Source: Myxococcota bacterium (GTDB lineage Bacteria; Myxococcota_A; Polyangia; Polyangiales; Sandaracinaceae). From it: a stretch of DNA of 64,000 nucleotides. Of the stretch, positions 1-11,361 are shown piece by piece. The notes under the pieces are model-generated. The model saw only the letters and a program-made list of their open reading frames with translations. It searched no databases and was not told where the DNA came from. Positions within the stretch are counted from its first letter, which is position 1. Every line of letters starts with the position of its first letter. A program made the translations under genes and the position numbers. The stretch spans positions 48,703 through 112,702 of the forward strand of contig JAYZQJ010000182.1 in NCBI GenBank assembly GCA_036149055.1, given 5' to 3'.

Positions 1-56
1 AGCGTGACCTTGGCCAGCGAATGCGCGGGCTGGTACCCGATCTCGATGTTGGGCAT
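1..56 (-). CDS. 5' end of a second AIM24/TIGR00266-family protein (runs off the window)
   Basis: ATG at 56 preceded by GAGGGGGG; reads MPNIEIGYQPAHSLAKVT, resembling the family N-terminus; directly downstream of the paralog. Confidence 0.55.
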   Translation of the reverse strand, partial: MPNIEIGYQPAHSLAKVT

Positions 57-66
57 CCGTCCCCCC

Positions 67-813
67 TCAGCCCGGCATGATCCGCGTGAGCCAGTCCACC
101 AGGGTCGCGGGGTTGCGCGACTGGATGTAGACCCGGCCCTGCCCGTTGAACTCGCACACGAGGCCCTCGCCGGAGGCCATGAAGCCCATGACCCCGCCGC
201 CGGCGCTCTTGATGTCGAAGCGGAGGTCGCCCTCGAAGCCGACCAGGTGGCCGTTGTCGACGATGTACGGCCCGTTCACGTCGATGGCCTCGATGCCGCC
301 GTAGCTGTTGAACCAGAGATCGCCGTGGCCGCCGACCTGGAGGAAGAAGGCCCCCTCCTTGGCGAGCAGCGACTTGAGGCCGCCGAATTTCATCTTCATG
401 TCGACGTCGCCGACCGAGGCGACGTAGGCGCCGCTCGAGAGGGTGAGCGTCTCGCCGTTCAGCCGGCGATGGGACACCTGGCCGCTCATCGTCGGCGCCA
501 CCCAGACGCTGCCCGGCTGGGGCGCGGTGAAGTGGTTGACGAAGAAGGTCTCGCCGCCGACCAGCTTGCGGATGACGGCGATGAAGAAGGCCTTGATCAT
601 CGCCCACAGGCCGGCGCCCCGGCCCGCGTTCATCTTGACCTCCATGCCGACGTGCTGGTGGCGGGCCACCATCGAGCCGGCCTCGGCCACCAGGGTCTGC
701 CCCGGCTGGAGGTCGACCCGCAGCATCGCGAAGGACGGGCCGTGGGTGATCTGGTGCTGGACCCCGCCCGCGGCGGGCTGCCCGGGGCTGGGCTGAGCGG
801 CTTGCGGTTGCAT
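67..813 (-). CDS. AIM24/TIGR00266 family protein
   Basis: HGPSFAMLRVDLQPGQTLVAEAGSMV, GGETFFVNHF, VDNGHLVGF, SGEGLVCEFNGQGRVYIQSRN motifs; start moved to ATG 813. Confidence 0.85.
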   Translation of the reverse strand: MQPQAAQPSPGQPAAGGVQHQITHGPSFAMLRVDLQPGQTLVAEAGSMVARHQHVGMEVKMNAGRGAGLWAMIKAFFIAVIRKLVGGETFFVNHFTAPQPGSVWVAPTMSGQVSHRRLNGETLTLSSGAYVASVGDVDMKMKFGGLKSLLAKEGAFFLQVGGHGDLWFNSYGGIEAIDVNGPYIVDNGHLVGFEGDLRFDIKSAGGGVMGFMASGEGLVCEFNGQGRVYIQSRNPATLVDWLTRIMPG

Positions 814-985
814 GCGTCCCCCGTTCGTGGGCCCGCTTGTACCGCGCGGCGGCGCGCGTTGGCAATGACCGCAGCCCCGCCCACCGTGCGGGCCCCGGAT
901 GTGCGGGCGTGGCGAGGTGCCACGGCACGGGCCCCCGCGGGCCCCGGCGAGGGGGCTGGAACGGATCGTGGTCACTACCTCGGTC

Positions 986-1471
986 ATGCAGACCGAATTC
1001 GTCTCCAAAGTCATGCCGTGGACCTGGTCGGCCAGCCGCCGGGCGGGCTACGGCCTCCTCGCCATCGTCCCCCTCGCGCTCCTGCTGGCCCTCGTCACCG
1101 TCGGCACGCTGGGCGCGGTGGCGAACAGCAGCTTCCTCCTGTTCGAGGCGCTGCCGGTGCTCGCCTACACCCACGTGATCGCGCAGTTCATCACCCTGCT
1201 CATCTTCGGGCACCTGCTGATGCGGCACCCGAACCTCGAGCGGCGGCACAAGCTGGGCTGGGGCGCCGCCTTCCTCTTCGCGGCCCCGTTCAGCGTGCCC
1301 ACCTACTGGCTGCTCCACGTGCTGCGCGCCCCGTCGCGCCTGCCCAGCGAGAGCCGTGAGGTGGAGTCGGCCCGTCACATCCACGTCTACGAGTACGACT
1401 ACACCCCGAAGAAGCGCCGCGGCACCCGCCGCCGGGCCGACGGGGTGGTGGTCCACCGCGTCCCTGCCTGA
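986..1471 (+). CDS. small integral membrane protein (about 3 TM)
   Basis: hydrophobic segments and GC3-rich codons; start could be 986 or 1013. Confidence 0.6.
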   Translation: MQTEFVSKVMPWTWSASRRAGYGLLAIVPLALLLALVTVGTLGAVANSSFLLFEALPVLAYTHVIAQFITLLIFGHLLMRHPNLERRHKLGWGAAFLFAAPFSVPTYWLLHVLRAPSRLPSESREVESARHIHVYEYDYTPKKRRGTRRRADGVVVHRVPA

Positions 1472-1969
1472 AGACACCCGCCCGAAGACATCAGCCTCGG
1501 ACGGCCGTGGGGATCGCCCCGACGCGCCCCCGAGACGCCGGAGATCGACGCCGACACCGCCGCCGCGGATCGGCGTTTTTCTCTTGTGATCTCGCCGATG
1601 TCACCGCCCGTCCGCCGGCAGATCGCGACGGATCCGTCACGGCATGGGCGCACGTTCGATCCGTCGAGGACTGGACGCGGTGTCTCACGCGAGCCATGAC
1701 CTGAACATGTGGCACGCACCCCATATCTGCCAATAATTTGGGGGCCAACCACAACGGGTAGTAGGGTCCACGCCGTGACGGTACGTGACGGCACATGGCG
1801 CTCGGGTCGCCACTGATACGTCACGGCCCTGGCACCCGATCAGGGGGACCGAATCCCCCGAGATACGCACTCAAGTCATGGAAATCACGACTCAATTCAA
1901 AAAACGACATCGGCCCTCCAAAAGGGCCCTTGACCCGGCCGACGCAGGCCGGTACCCCAGGCCTTCTCC

Positions 1970-2017
1970 ACACCATGGGTTGTGGGGGGGACGCGCAGGC
2001 ATCCCCACTGGTTGTGG
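1970..2017 (+). promoter_or_regulatory. tandem NrdR-box-like operators upstream of nrdJ
   Basis: ACACCATGGGTTGTGG (1970-1985) and TCCCCACTGGTTGTGG (2002-2017), starts 32 bp apart; resemble acaCwAtATaTwGtgt. Confidence 0.55.
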
Positions 2018-2151
2018 ACCCCAGGGCACCGAAAACCGGAGGCGAGCGAGCCTCCGGACGGCCCGGGTCTACCCCGACGGGTCTCCCGCCGGGCAGGGGA
2101 TTCGTGTGCCTGGGATGGGACCGAAGCAGTTGAAGATGGCCGGAGGATGAT

Positions 2152-5457
<3,306 letters not shown>

Positions 5458-5490
5458 CGCCTCACGCCTGACACAGGCCCAACCTCAGAG

Positions 5491-5528
5491 AACGCCCCGC
5501 GGCCCACGCCGCGGGGCGTTTCGCGTTT
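5491..5528 (+). terminator. intrinsic terminator after nrdJ
   Basis: perfect 13-bp stem AACGCCCCGCGGC-CCAC-GCCGCGGGGCGTT followed by TCGCGTTT. Confidence 0.7.
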
Positions 5529-5741
5529 CCCATCGCTCGCGTCGAACAGTTGGCTCTCGCCAAGCCGCAAAGCCGCAAAGAAGAGAGCAGGCGACGGGAC
5601 GGCAGCTCGCCGCCCCCTCCACCACCGCCCACGCCGCGGGGCGTTTCGCGTTTCCCATCGCTCGCGTCGAACAACGGGCTCTCGCCAAGCCGCAAAGCCG
5701 CAAAGAAAAGAGCAGGCGACGGGACGGCAGCTCGCCGCCCC
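5502..5741. repeat. tandem duplication, two ~115-bp copies with 125-bp period
   Basis: 5502-5616 is nearly identical to 5627-5741. Confidence 0.9.
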
Positions 5742-5840
5742 GTCCACGACCGCCAGGCCGCGCAAGGCGAGGGGGAACCCGCCGGCGAGCCTCCATCCCG
5801 CGGCCCCCAGCCCCTTTGCGCCTTTGCGCCTTTGCGAGAG
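5679..5840. repeat. REP/REPIN-like element with 27-bp imperfect terminal inverted repeats
   Basis: CTCTCGCCAAGCCGCAAAGCCGCAAAG (5679-5705) vs CTTTGCGCCTTTGCGCCTTTGCGAGAG (5814-5840), 3 mismatches. Confidence 0.7.
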
Positions 5841-5941
5841 CACTTTTTTCAGAAGCGCCCTTCTCGAGAGGGCGTGAAGAGGTTTCACACCATCATCGAC
5901 GGGACCTGCCCAAACCAGGGCGCAGAGCCTACGTCACGCGC

Positions 5942-5957
5942 TGGCACGGTCGCTGCC
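5942..5957 (+). promoter_or_regulatory. sigma54 -24/-12 promoter
   Basis: TGGCACGGTCGCTGCC with canonical GG-N10-GC spacing. Confidence 0.6.
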
Positions 5958-5969
5958 GATGGCAGGGTG

Positions 5970-6536
5970 GTGACCCACCGAATCTCATCGCTGATCGTCG
6001 TCGCCCTGCTCGCCCTCTCCGCCGTCCCGGCGAGCGCTCAGGACGTGGAGGACGTGGAGGGCCCCCGCTACCGGGTCGACCTCGACGTCTTCACCCCTGG
6101 CTGGTTCGTCGCCGCCCGCGACCGGGGCGAGCCCAACGGCTGGGACACCGTCACCTTCCTCTCCGGCCAGGTCGGGGTCCGCGCCGCCTTCCGCGCCGGC
6201 CACGGCTTCTTCACCGACGTGAGCCTCTCGTCCGGCGCCCTCGGACCGGTGTACCTGCTGCACGAAGCCGGCTACCTCCACCGCTTCCGCCTCCAGGGAG
6301 ACGACGCCCGCGGCCTGGCCCTCGAGCTCCAGGCGGGCCTCTCGGGCGGCTACTGGGACGGCTCGGTCGCGGGCAGCGGCCCCATCGGCGGCCCCAACGT
6401 CGCCGTCTCGATCGACGGCCGCGTCGACGCCTTCGTCCTCGGCCTGATGATCCGCCACCGGGTGCTCTACGACGGAGCGCGGACCCAGCAGATGACCAGC
6501 GCGATCCTCCGCGTCACCTTCGGCTTCTGGGGGTAG
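5970..6536 (+). CDS. secreted protein, probable small outer-membrane beta-barrel
   Basis: signal peptide ending ASA-Q; amphipathic beta-strands; aromatic C-terminus VTFGFWG. Confidence 0.6.
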   Translation: MTHRISSLIVVALLALSAVPASAQDVEDVEGPRYRVDLDVFTPGWFVAARDRGEPNGWDTVTFLSGQVGVRAAFRAGHGFFTDVSLSSGALGPVYLLHEAGYLHRFRLQGDDARGLALELQAGLSGGYWDGSVAGSGPIGGPNVAVSIDGRVDAFVLGLMIRHRVLYDGARTQQMTSAILRVTFGFWG

Positions 6537-6589
6537 AGCGCCCACCACGAGAAGCTCCAGCGGCCAGCCCCATACCGCGGCCCCCCCAC

Positions 6590-6720
6590 CCCCTCTGCCT
6601 CTCTGCGCCTCTGCGAGAAACCAAACTGCCCCCGAGGCGCGCAGCGCGAGGGGAACCCGCCGGCCACCCTCCATCCCGCGGCCCCCCCAGCCCCTTTGCG
6701 GCTTGGCGCCGTTGCGAGAG
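6590..6720. repeat. REP-like repeat, copy 2
   Basis: CTCTGCGCCTCTGCGAGAAA ... GGAACCCGCCGG ... CCCAGCCCCTTTGCGG...GCGAGAG shared with 5767-5840 and 10373-10497. Confidence 0.75.
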
Positions 6721-6738
6721 TAAGATCGCCCCCGAACG

Positions 6739-7974
6739 CTAAGAGCGGATCCCGCGGCGAGCGGCGTAGCGCGCGCGCGTCTCGAGCGAGGCGACGGCCG
6801 GCCGGTCCGGGCGGGAGAGCGCGGAGAGGACGGGATCGAGGGCGCGGACCGTCTCCTCGACGTGGCGCTCGGTGTGGGCCGCGGAGGGGCACTGGGCGTC
6901 GTCCTGGAAGAAGAGCACGCCCGCCTGGACCGCGGCGTCGAAGAAGCGGGCCTCGTCGGCGGGGTCGGCGAAGAGGAAGGTCGGCATCGAGGGCGGCCCG
7001 AGCACGTGGGCGTGCACCCCGTGGCGCTCGAAGGCCGCGTCCATCGCCGACGAGAGCGCCGCGCCGACGCGCGCGAGGGCGGCCTGCGGGCGCTCCGCTT
7101 CGGTCAGGTCGAGGCAGACGCGGGCCGCGGCGAGCGAGGCGGCCTCGCCGTAGTAGGTGCCGAAGACGAAGGTGCGGGCGCTCGCCGCCATCACGTCGGC
7201 GCGGCCCCCGACCGCGGCCAGCGGGTAGCCGTTGGTCAGGCCCTTGCTCAGGCACACGAGATCGGGCGTGACCCCGAAGGCGTCGTGCGCGCCGCCGATC
7301 GCGAGGCGGAAGCCGCAGCGCACCTCGTCGACCAGCAGGAGCGCGTCGGCCGCGCGCGCGAGCCGGGCCACGTCGCGGAGCCACGCCGCGTCGAGGAACG
7401 CCGGCTCGGGGCTGACGAGCACCGCCGCGACCCGGCCGTCGAGCGCGTGGAGCGCCCCCTCGAGCGCGGCGAGGTCGTAGCCGAAGTCGGCCACCCCGGC
7501 CTCGCGCTCCGCCTCGAGCGCGCCGCCCGAGACCCGCTCGTCCCAGCCGTGGTAGCCGCTGCTGAGGATCCAGCCGCGCCCGGTGAAGACGCGCGCGAGC
7601 CGGATCGCGATCGCGACCGCGTCCGAGCCGTTCTTGGCGAAGGCCGTCGCCTCCATCGGCGGGAGGAGGCGCGCGAGCCGGGTCGCGACCGCCTCGTAGT
7701 CGGGGCTCAGCCCGGGGAGCAGCTGCCCGCGGCGGGCCGCGTCGAAGGCCGCCCGGTCGATCTCCTCGCGCGCGTGGCCGAAGACCAGCGGGCCCTTGCC
7801 CATCACCCAGTCCAGATAGCGGCGGCCGCTCGCGTCGAACGCCTCGACCCCGGCCGCGCGCTCGAAGACCGGCGGGTAGGCGGCCGCGTGGCCGGCGCGC
7901 ATGTAGGCCATCACGCCGCGCGGGACGTGCGCGAGGCCGTCGAGCGCGGCCGCGGTTCGCTGCCAGTCGTCCAT
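6739..7974 (-). CDS. class III PLP aminotransferase (GSA-aminomutase-like)
   Basis: FAKNGSDA, GYHGW, LLVDEVRCGFR, PDLVCLSKGLTNGYP (PLP Lys). Confidence 0.85.
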   Translation of the reverse strand: MDDWQRTAAALDGLAHVPRGVMAYMRAGHAAAYPPVFERAAGVEAFDASGRRYLDWVMGKGPLVFGHAREEIDRAAFDAARRGQLLPGLSPDYEAVATRLARLLPPMEATAFAKNGSDAVAIAIRLARVFTGRGWILSSGYHGWDERVSGGALEAEREAGVADFGYDLAALEGALHALDGRVAAVLVSPEPAFLDAAWLRDVARLARAADALLLVDEVRCGFRLAIGGAHDAFGVTPDLVCLSKGLTNGYPLAAVGGRADVMAASARTFVFGTYYGEAASLAAARVCLDLTEAERPQAALARVGAALSSAMDAAFERHGVHAHVLGPPSMPTFLFADPADEARFFDAAVQAGVLFFQDDAQCPSAAHTERHVEETVRALDPVLSALSRPDRPAVASLETRARYAARRGIRS

Positions 7975-8020
7975 CGCCCCTCCCTTACACGCCCGTGATG
8001 GGCGATGCTACGAAGCGAAG

Positions 8021-9172
8021 ATGCGCGTGCTGCACCTCGCCGGCGAGTATCCCCCGGCGCGCATCGGGGGGATCTCCACGTTCCTGGAGAACGTGGCCAC
8101 CCGGCAGGCGCGGACCCACGAGGTCGGAGTGCTGGTGGTGCGCGGCGAGCGCTACGCCGACGATCCCCCGACCGCGCGAGACGGGGTGCGGGTCGTGACG
8201 CGGGACGTGGACTTCGGCGCGCTCGAGGGTCGCACGGTGATCGACGGCGCCGAGGCGCGGGCGGCGCTGCGCCTCGACGGCTCCGCGTTCTGGAGCGCGC
8301 CCTTCGACGTGCTGCACGTGCACGACTGGTACGGGGCGCTGCCCGCGCTGGCCTTCTCGACGCGCTCGAGCACGGTGAGCTCGAGCACGGTGCTGACGAG
8401 CGCGCACCTGCCGATGCGCTTCGGTTTCACGTACGCGAACCACGCGGTGCCGCTCCGCGCGAAGCTCCGGCTCGAGACCCTCGGCCTCCGGCTCGCCGCC
8501 CGGGTCCTCGCCCCGAGCCGCTACGTCGCCGCGCTGCTCGAGCGGGAGTACGACGTCGACCCCGACCGGCTCGGGGTGGTGCTCAACGGGGTCGACCTCG
8601 AGACCTTCTCCCCCGGCGCAGAGGCGCGCGCCGAGGCCCCCACCCTGCTCTCGGTCAGCCGGCTCGCCGAGCAGAAGGGCCTCGACCTGCTGCTCGCGAC
8701 CTTCGCCGCCGTGCGCGCGGCCCGCCCCGACGCGCGGCTCGAGATCGTGGGCGACGGCCCGGCGCGGCCCGCGCTGGAGGCCGAGCTGACCCGCCGCGGA
8801 CTGACGGAGGCGACCACCCTGCACGGCTACGTGCGCCACGGCGCGCTGCCCGCCCTCTACCGGCGGGCCCACGTGTTCGTCAGCGCCTCGATCTACGAGC
8901 CGTTCGGGCTGACCACCCTGGAGGCGATGGCCTGCGGCACCCCGGTGGTGGCCTCCAGCCTCGGCGGCGCGCCCGAGTTCGTGCGCGACGGGGAGGACGG
9001 CTTCGTCCGGCCGCCGCACGAGCGCGGGCTGGCCGAGGCGACGCTGCGGGTGCTCGGCGGCGACCTCGAGGCGATGGGGCGGTCGGCGCGGGCGCGCGCG
9101 GAGGCGCTCTCCTGGGACCGGGTCACCGAGGCGATCGAGCGCGAGTACGACCGCGCGCGGGGGGCCCGATGA
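8021..9172 (+). CDS. GT4 family glycosyltransferase
   Basis: EYPP..GG, HVHDW, SRLAEQKG, EPFGLTTLE (EX7E). Confidence 0.9.
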   Translation: MRVLHLAGEYPPARIGGISTFLENVATRQARTHEVGVLVVRGERYADDPPTARDGVRVVTRDVDFGALEGRTVIDGAEARAALRLDGSAFWSAPFDVLHVHDWYGALPALAFSTRSSTVSSSTVLTSAHLPMRFGFTYANHAVPLRAKLRLETLGLRLAARVLAPSRYVAALLEREYDVDPDRLGVVLNGVDLETFSPGAEARAEAPTLLSVSRLAEQKGLDLLLATFAAVRAARPDARLEIVGDGPARPALEAELTRRGLTEATTLHGYVRHGALPALYRRAHVFVSASIYEPFGLTTLEAMACGTPVVASSLGGAPEFVRDGEDGFVRPPHERGLAEATLRVLGGDLEAMGRSARARAEALSWDRVTEAIEREYDRARGAR

Positions 9173-10326
9173 CCCGCGACGTCGCCCTCGTCTGGCACGT
9201 GCACCAGCCCTTCTTCGTGCCGGACGCCGAGGTCGAGGCCCAGCACCTCGAGAGCTACGCGCCGCTGCTCGCGCTCCACCGCGAGCTCGACGTGCCCTTC
9301 ACCCTCAACGTCTGCGGCGGGCTGCTCGACCGGCTGGCGACCCTGGCCCCCGATTGGGTGGAGGCGACGCGCGCCGACGCCGAGGCCGGGCGGCTCGAGC
9401 TGGTCGCCTCGGGCAAGTTCCACCCGATGCTGCCGCTCCTCCCCCACGAGCGAGCCGAGCGACAGATCGAGGCCGACCTCGAGAGCAAGCGCGCGAGCCT
9501 GGGTGCCCGGCCGCGAGGCTTCTGGCCGACCGACCTCGGCTGGGCCCACTGGCTGGTCCCGCTCCTGGCCGAGCGCGGTCTCGAGTGGGTGGCGGTCGAC
9601 AGCGCGGCCGCGGTGGAGGGCTCGGTGCGCCCGACCTGGCGCGAGGACGTCACCCGAGGCCACCGCGTGCTGGCTCCCGAGCTGTCGCCGCTGGTCGCCG
9701 CCCAGGAGCTCGGCCAGGTGCACCGGCTCCGGTTCGGCGACCACACCGTGCACGCCCTGCTCCGCCACCACGCGCTCAGCTGGGATCTGGTCGACGCCCA
9801 GACCGGCGTGCTGCACCGCCCGGACCGCCTCCCCGCCTTCCGGGCCGCGGTCGCCGCGCACTTCGACTCCGGCGCCGATCTCCTGGTGCTCGGCGACGAC
9901 GGCGAGCGGGTGCGCCCGCGGACCCTGTCGAGCTACCGGGCGTGCCTCGAGGCGCTCCGCGAGGACGGCGTCCGGTTCGTGCGCGGGAGCGACGCGGTGG
10001 ACGCGCGCCGAGCCGGGGCGAGCGAGCGCTACCTCCCGGCCGGCACGAGCCTCGTCGACTTCTCCGCCTGGACGACGACCCCCGACGACCACGTCTGCCT
10101 CGCCCAGCTCCGCGCGGTGCAGGATCGCTGGGTGCGCCTCTCCCAGAGCGCGACCGCGAGCGGCCACACCCGCCGCCTCGAGGCGCTCGCCGCGATCGAC
10201 GCCGAGCTGCTCCCCTGCGAGGACGCCGCGCTCACCTTCTGGAAGTACCTGCGCCGCACCCGCGAGCCCTTCCTGGTCCGCCTCCACGCCCTCCGCGAAG
10301 CGCTGCGCCGAGCCGAAGCCCTGTGA
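9169..10326 (+). CDS. glycoside hydrolase family 57-like protein
   Basis: WHVHQP, HPMLPLL, GFWPTDLGW, LGDDGE; ATGA overlap with the GT4 gene. Confidence 0.75.
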   Translation: MTRDVALVWHVHQPFFVPDAEVEAQHLESYAPLLALHRELDVPFTLNVCGGLLDRLATLAPDWVEATRADAEAGRLELVASGKFHPMLPLLPHERAERQIEADLESKRASLGARPRGFWPTDLGWAHWLVPLLAERGLEWVAVDSAAAVEGSVRPTWREDVTRGHRVLAPELSPLVAAQELGQVHRLRFGDHTVHALLRHHALSWDLVDAQTGVLHRPDRLPAFRAAVAAHFDSGADLLVLGDDGERVRPRTLSSYRACLEALREDGVRFVRGSDAVDARRAGASERYLPAGTSLVDFSAWTTTPDDHVCLAQLRAVQDRWVRLSQSATASGHTRRLEALAAIDAELLPCEDAALTFWKYLRRTREPFLVRLHALREALRRAEAL

Positions 10327-10372
10327 GGGTTTGGGGATGGGGAAGCTCGTCCCCGCACCTCCCATCCCGCTG

Positions 10373-10497
10373 CCCCCCTCTGCGCCTCTGCGAGAAATAA
10401 ATTGCCCCCGAATCGCCGCTGAGCGAGAGGAACCCGGCGGCGAGCCACCACCCCGCCGCCCCCCAGCCCCCTTTGCGGCTCTGCGGCTTTGCGAGAG
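10373..10497. repeat. REP-like repeat, copy 3 (between convergent genes)
   Basis: CTCTGCGCCTCTGCGAGAAA...CTTTGCGGCTCTGCGGCTTTGCGAGAG. Confidence 0.75.
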
Positions 10498-10515
10498 CAA
10501 AAAAGCCCAAAGGGG

Positions 10516-11361
10516 CTAAGGCAACGAGATCCCCCGCTCGGCGCGGCGGGCGGCGAGCTCGCTCTCGGTGGCCTGCCAGGGAACGGCGCGCGGCGGATCG
10601 AGCGGGGTGGGCGTGGTCTCGAAGTTCAGCACCAGCGCCGGGCGCGCCGCGGCGGCTCGGTTGACCCCGCTGCCGTGGATCACCCGGCAGTGATGCACGG
10701 TGGCGCCGCCGACCGGGAGCGGGCAGCGCACGACGCGGGAGGGATCGATCGCGACGCCGTCGAGCTCCAGGCCGTGCACCGCCGGATCGCCGCCGACCCG
10801 GCGGTGAGGGGCGAGGGCGTCGGCGAGGTGCGAGCCGCGCACGAACTCCATGCAGCCGCCGTCCGGCAGGACGCCGTGGAGCGGCACCCAGATCGCGATC
10901 GCCTCGTGGCGGTGCGCCGGCTCCCAGAACGCCTCGTCCTGATGCCACGGGGTCGCCGCGCCGCCGCCGCCCGGCTTCTCCATGTAGTGCGAGCCCCGGT
11001 AGAAGAGCGGCGCCCCGAGGAGATCACGGGCGAGCCGCGCGCCGCGGTGGAAGAGCGCGGTGTCGAAGAGCGCGGGCTCGTAGTCGAACGGCAGAAGCTG
11101 CTGCAGGAGGCGCGGCGGGCCCTCCGCGTCGGCCCCGGCCCTGGACGCGGCGAGGTAGTCGAAGCGCATGCCGTCCGCCTCGGGCTCGGGGCGGCGGAGC
11201 AGCGCGTCGACCAGCGCGCGCAGCCGGGCGATCTCCGCCGGCTCGAGCAGGGCCTCGAGGGCGAGGAAGCCGTCCGCGTGAAAGCCCTCGCGCTCGGCGG
11301 CCGAGAGCAGCGGCGCCTCCTCCGGCTGCACCGGCCGGCCGAGCTGGAGCGGCGGCTTCAC
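10516..11361 (-). CDS. phytanoyl-CoA dioxygenase (PhyH) family Fe(II)/2-oxoglutarate enzyme
   Basis: FHADGFL, TPWHQD (HxD), IWVPL, GCMEFVRGSH, distal HGS and R; GTGA overlap with upstream gene. Confidence 0.85.
   Translation of the reverse strand: MKPPLQLGRPVQPEEAPLLSAAEREGFHADGFLALEALLEPAEIARLRALVDALLRRPEPEADGMRFDYLAASRAGADAEGPPRLLQQLLPFDYEPALFDTALFHRGARLARDLLGAPLFYRGSHYMEKPGGGGAATPWHQDEAFWEPAHRHEAIAIWVPLHGVLPDGGCMEFVRGSHLADALAPHRRVGGDPAVHGLELDGVAIDPSRVVRCPLPVGGATVHHCRVIHGSGVNRAAAARPALVLNFETTPTPLDPPRAVPWQATESELAARRAERGISLP

Noticed and set aside
1472..2151. Cobalamin riboswitch upstream of nrdJ
   Set aside because: No recognisable B12 box or conserved core seen; cmscan would be decisive
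5502..5741. Possible CRISPR array
   Set aside because: Only two ~115-bp copies, no unique spacers, no cas genes
6739..7974. hemL assignment
   Set aside because: GSA-like fold but lacks typical HemL signature segments; context suggests another pathway
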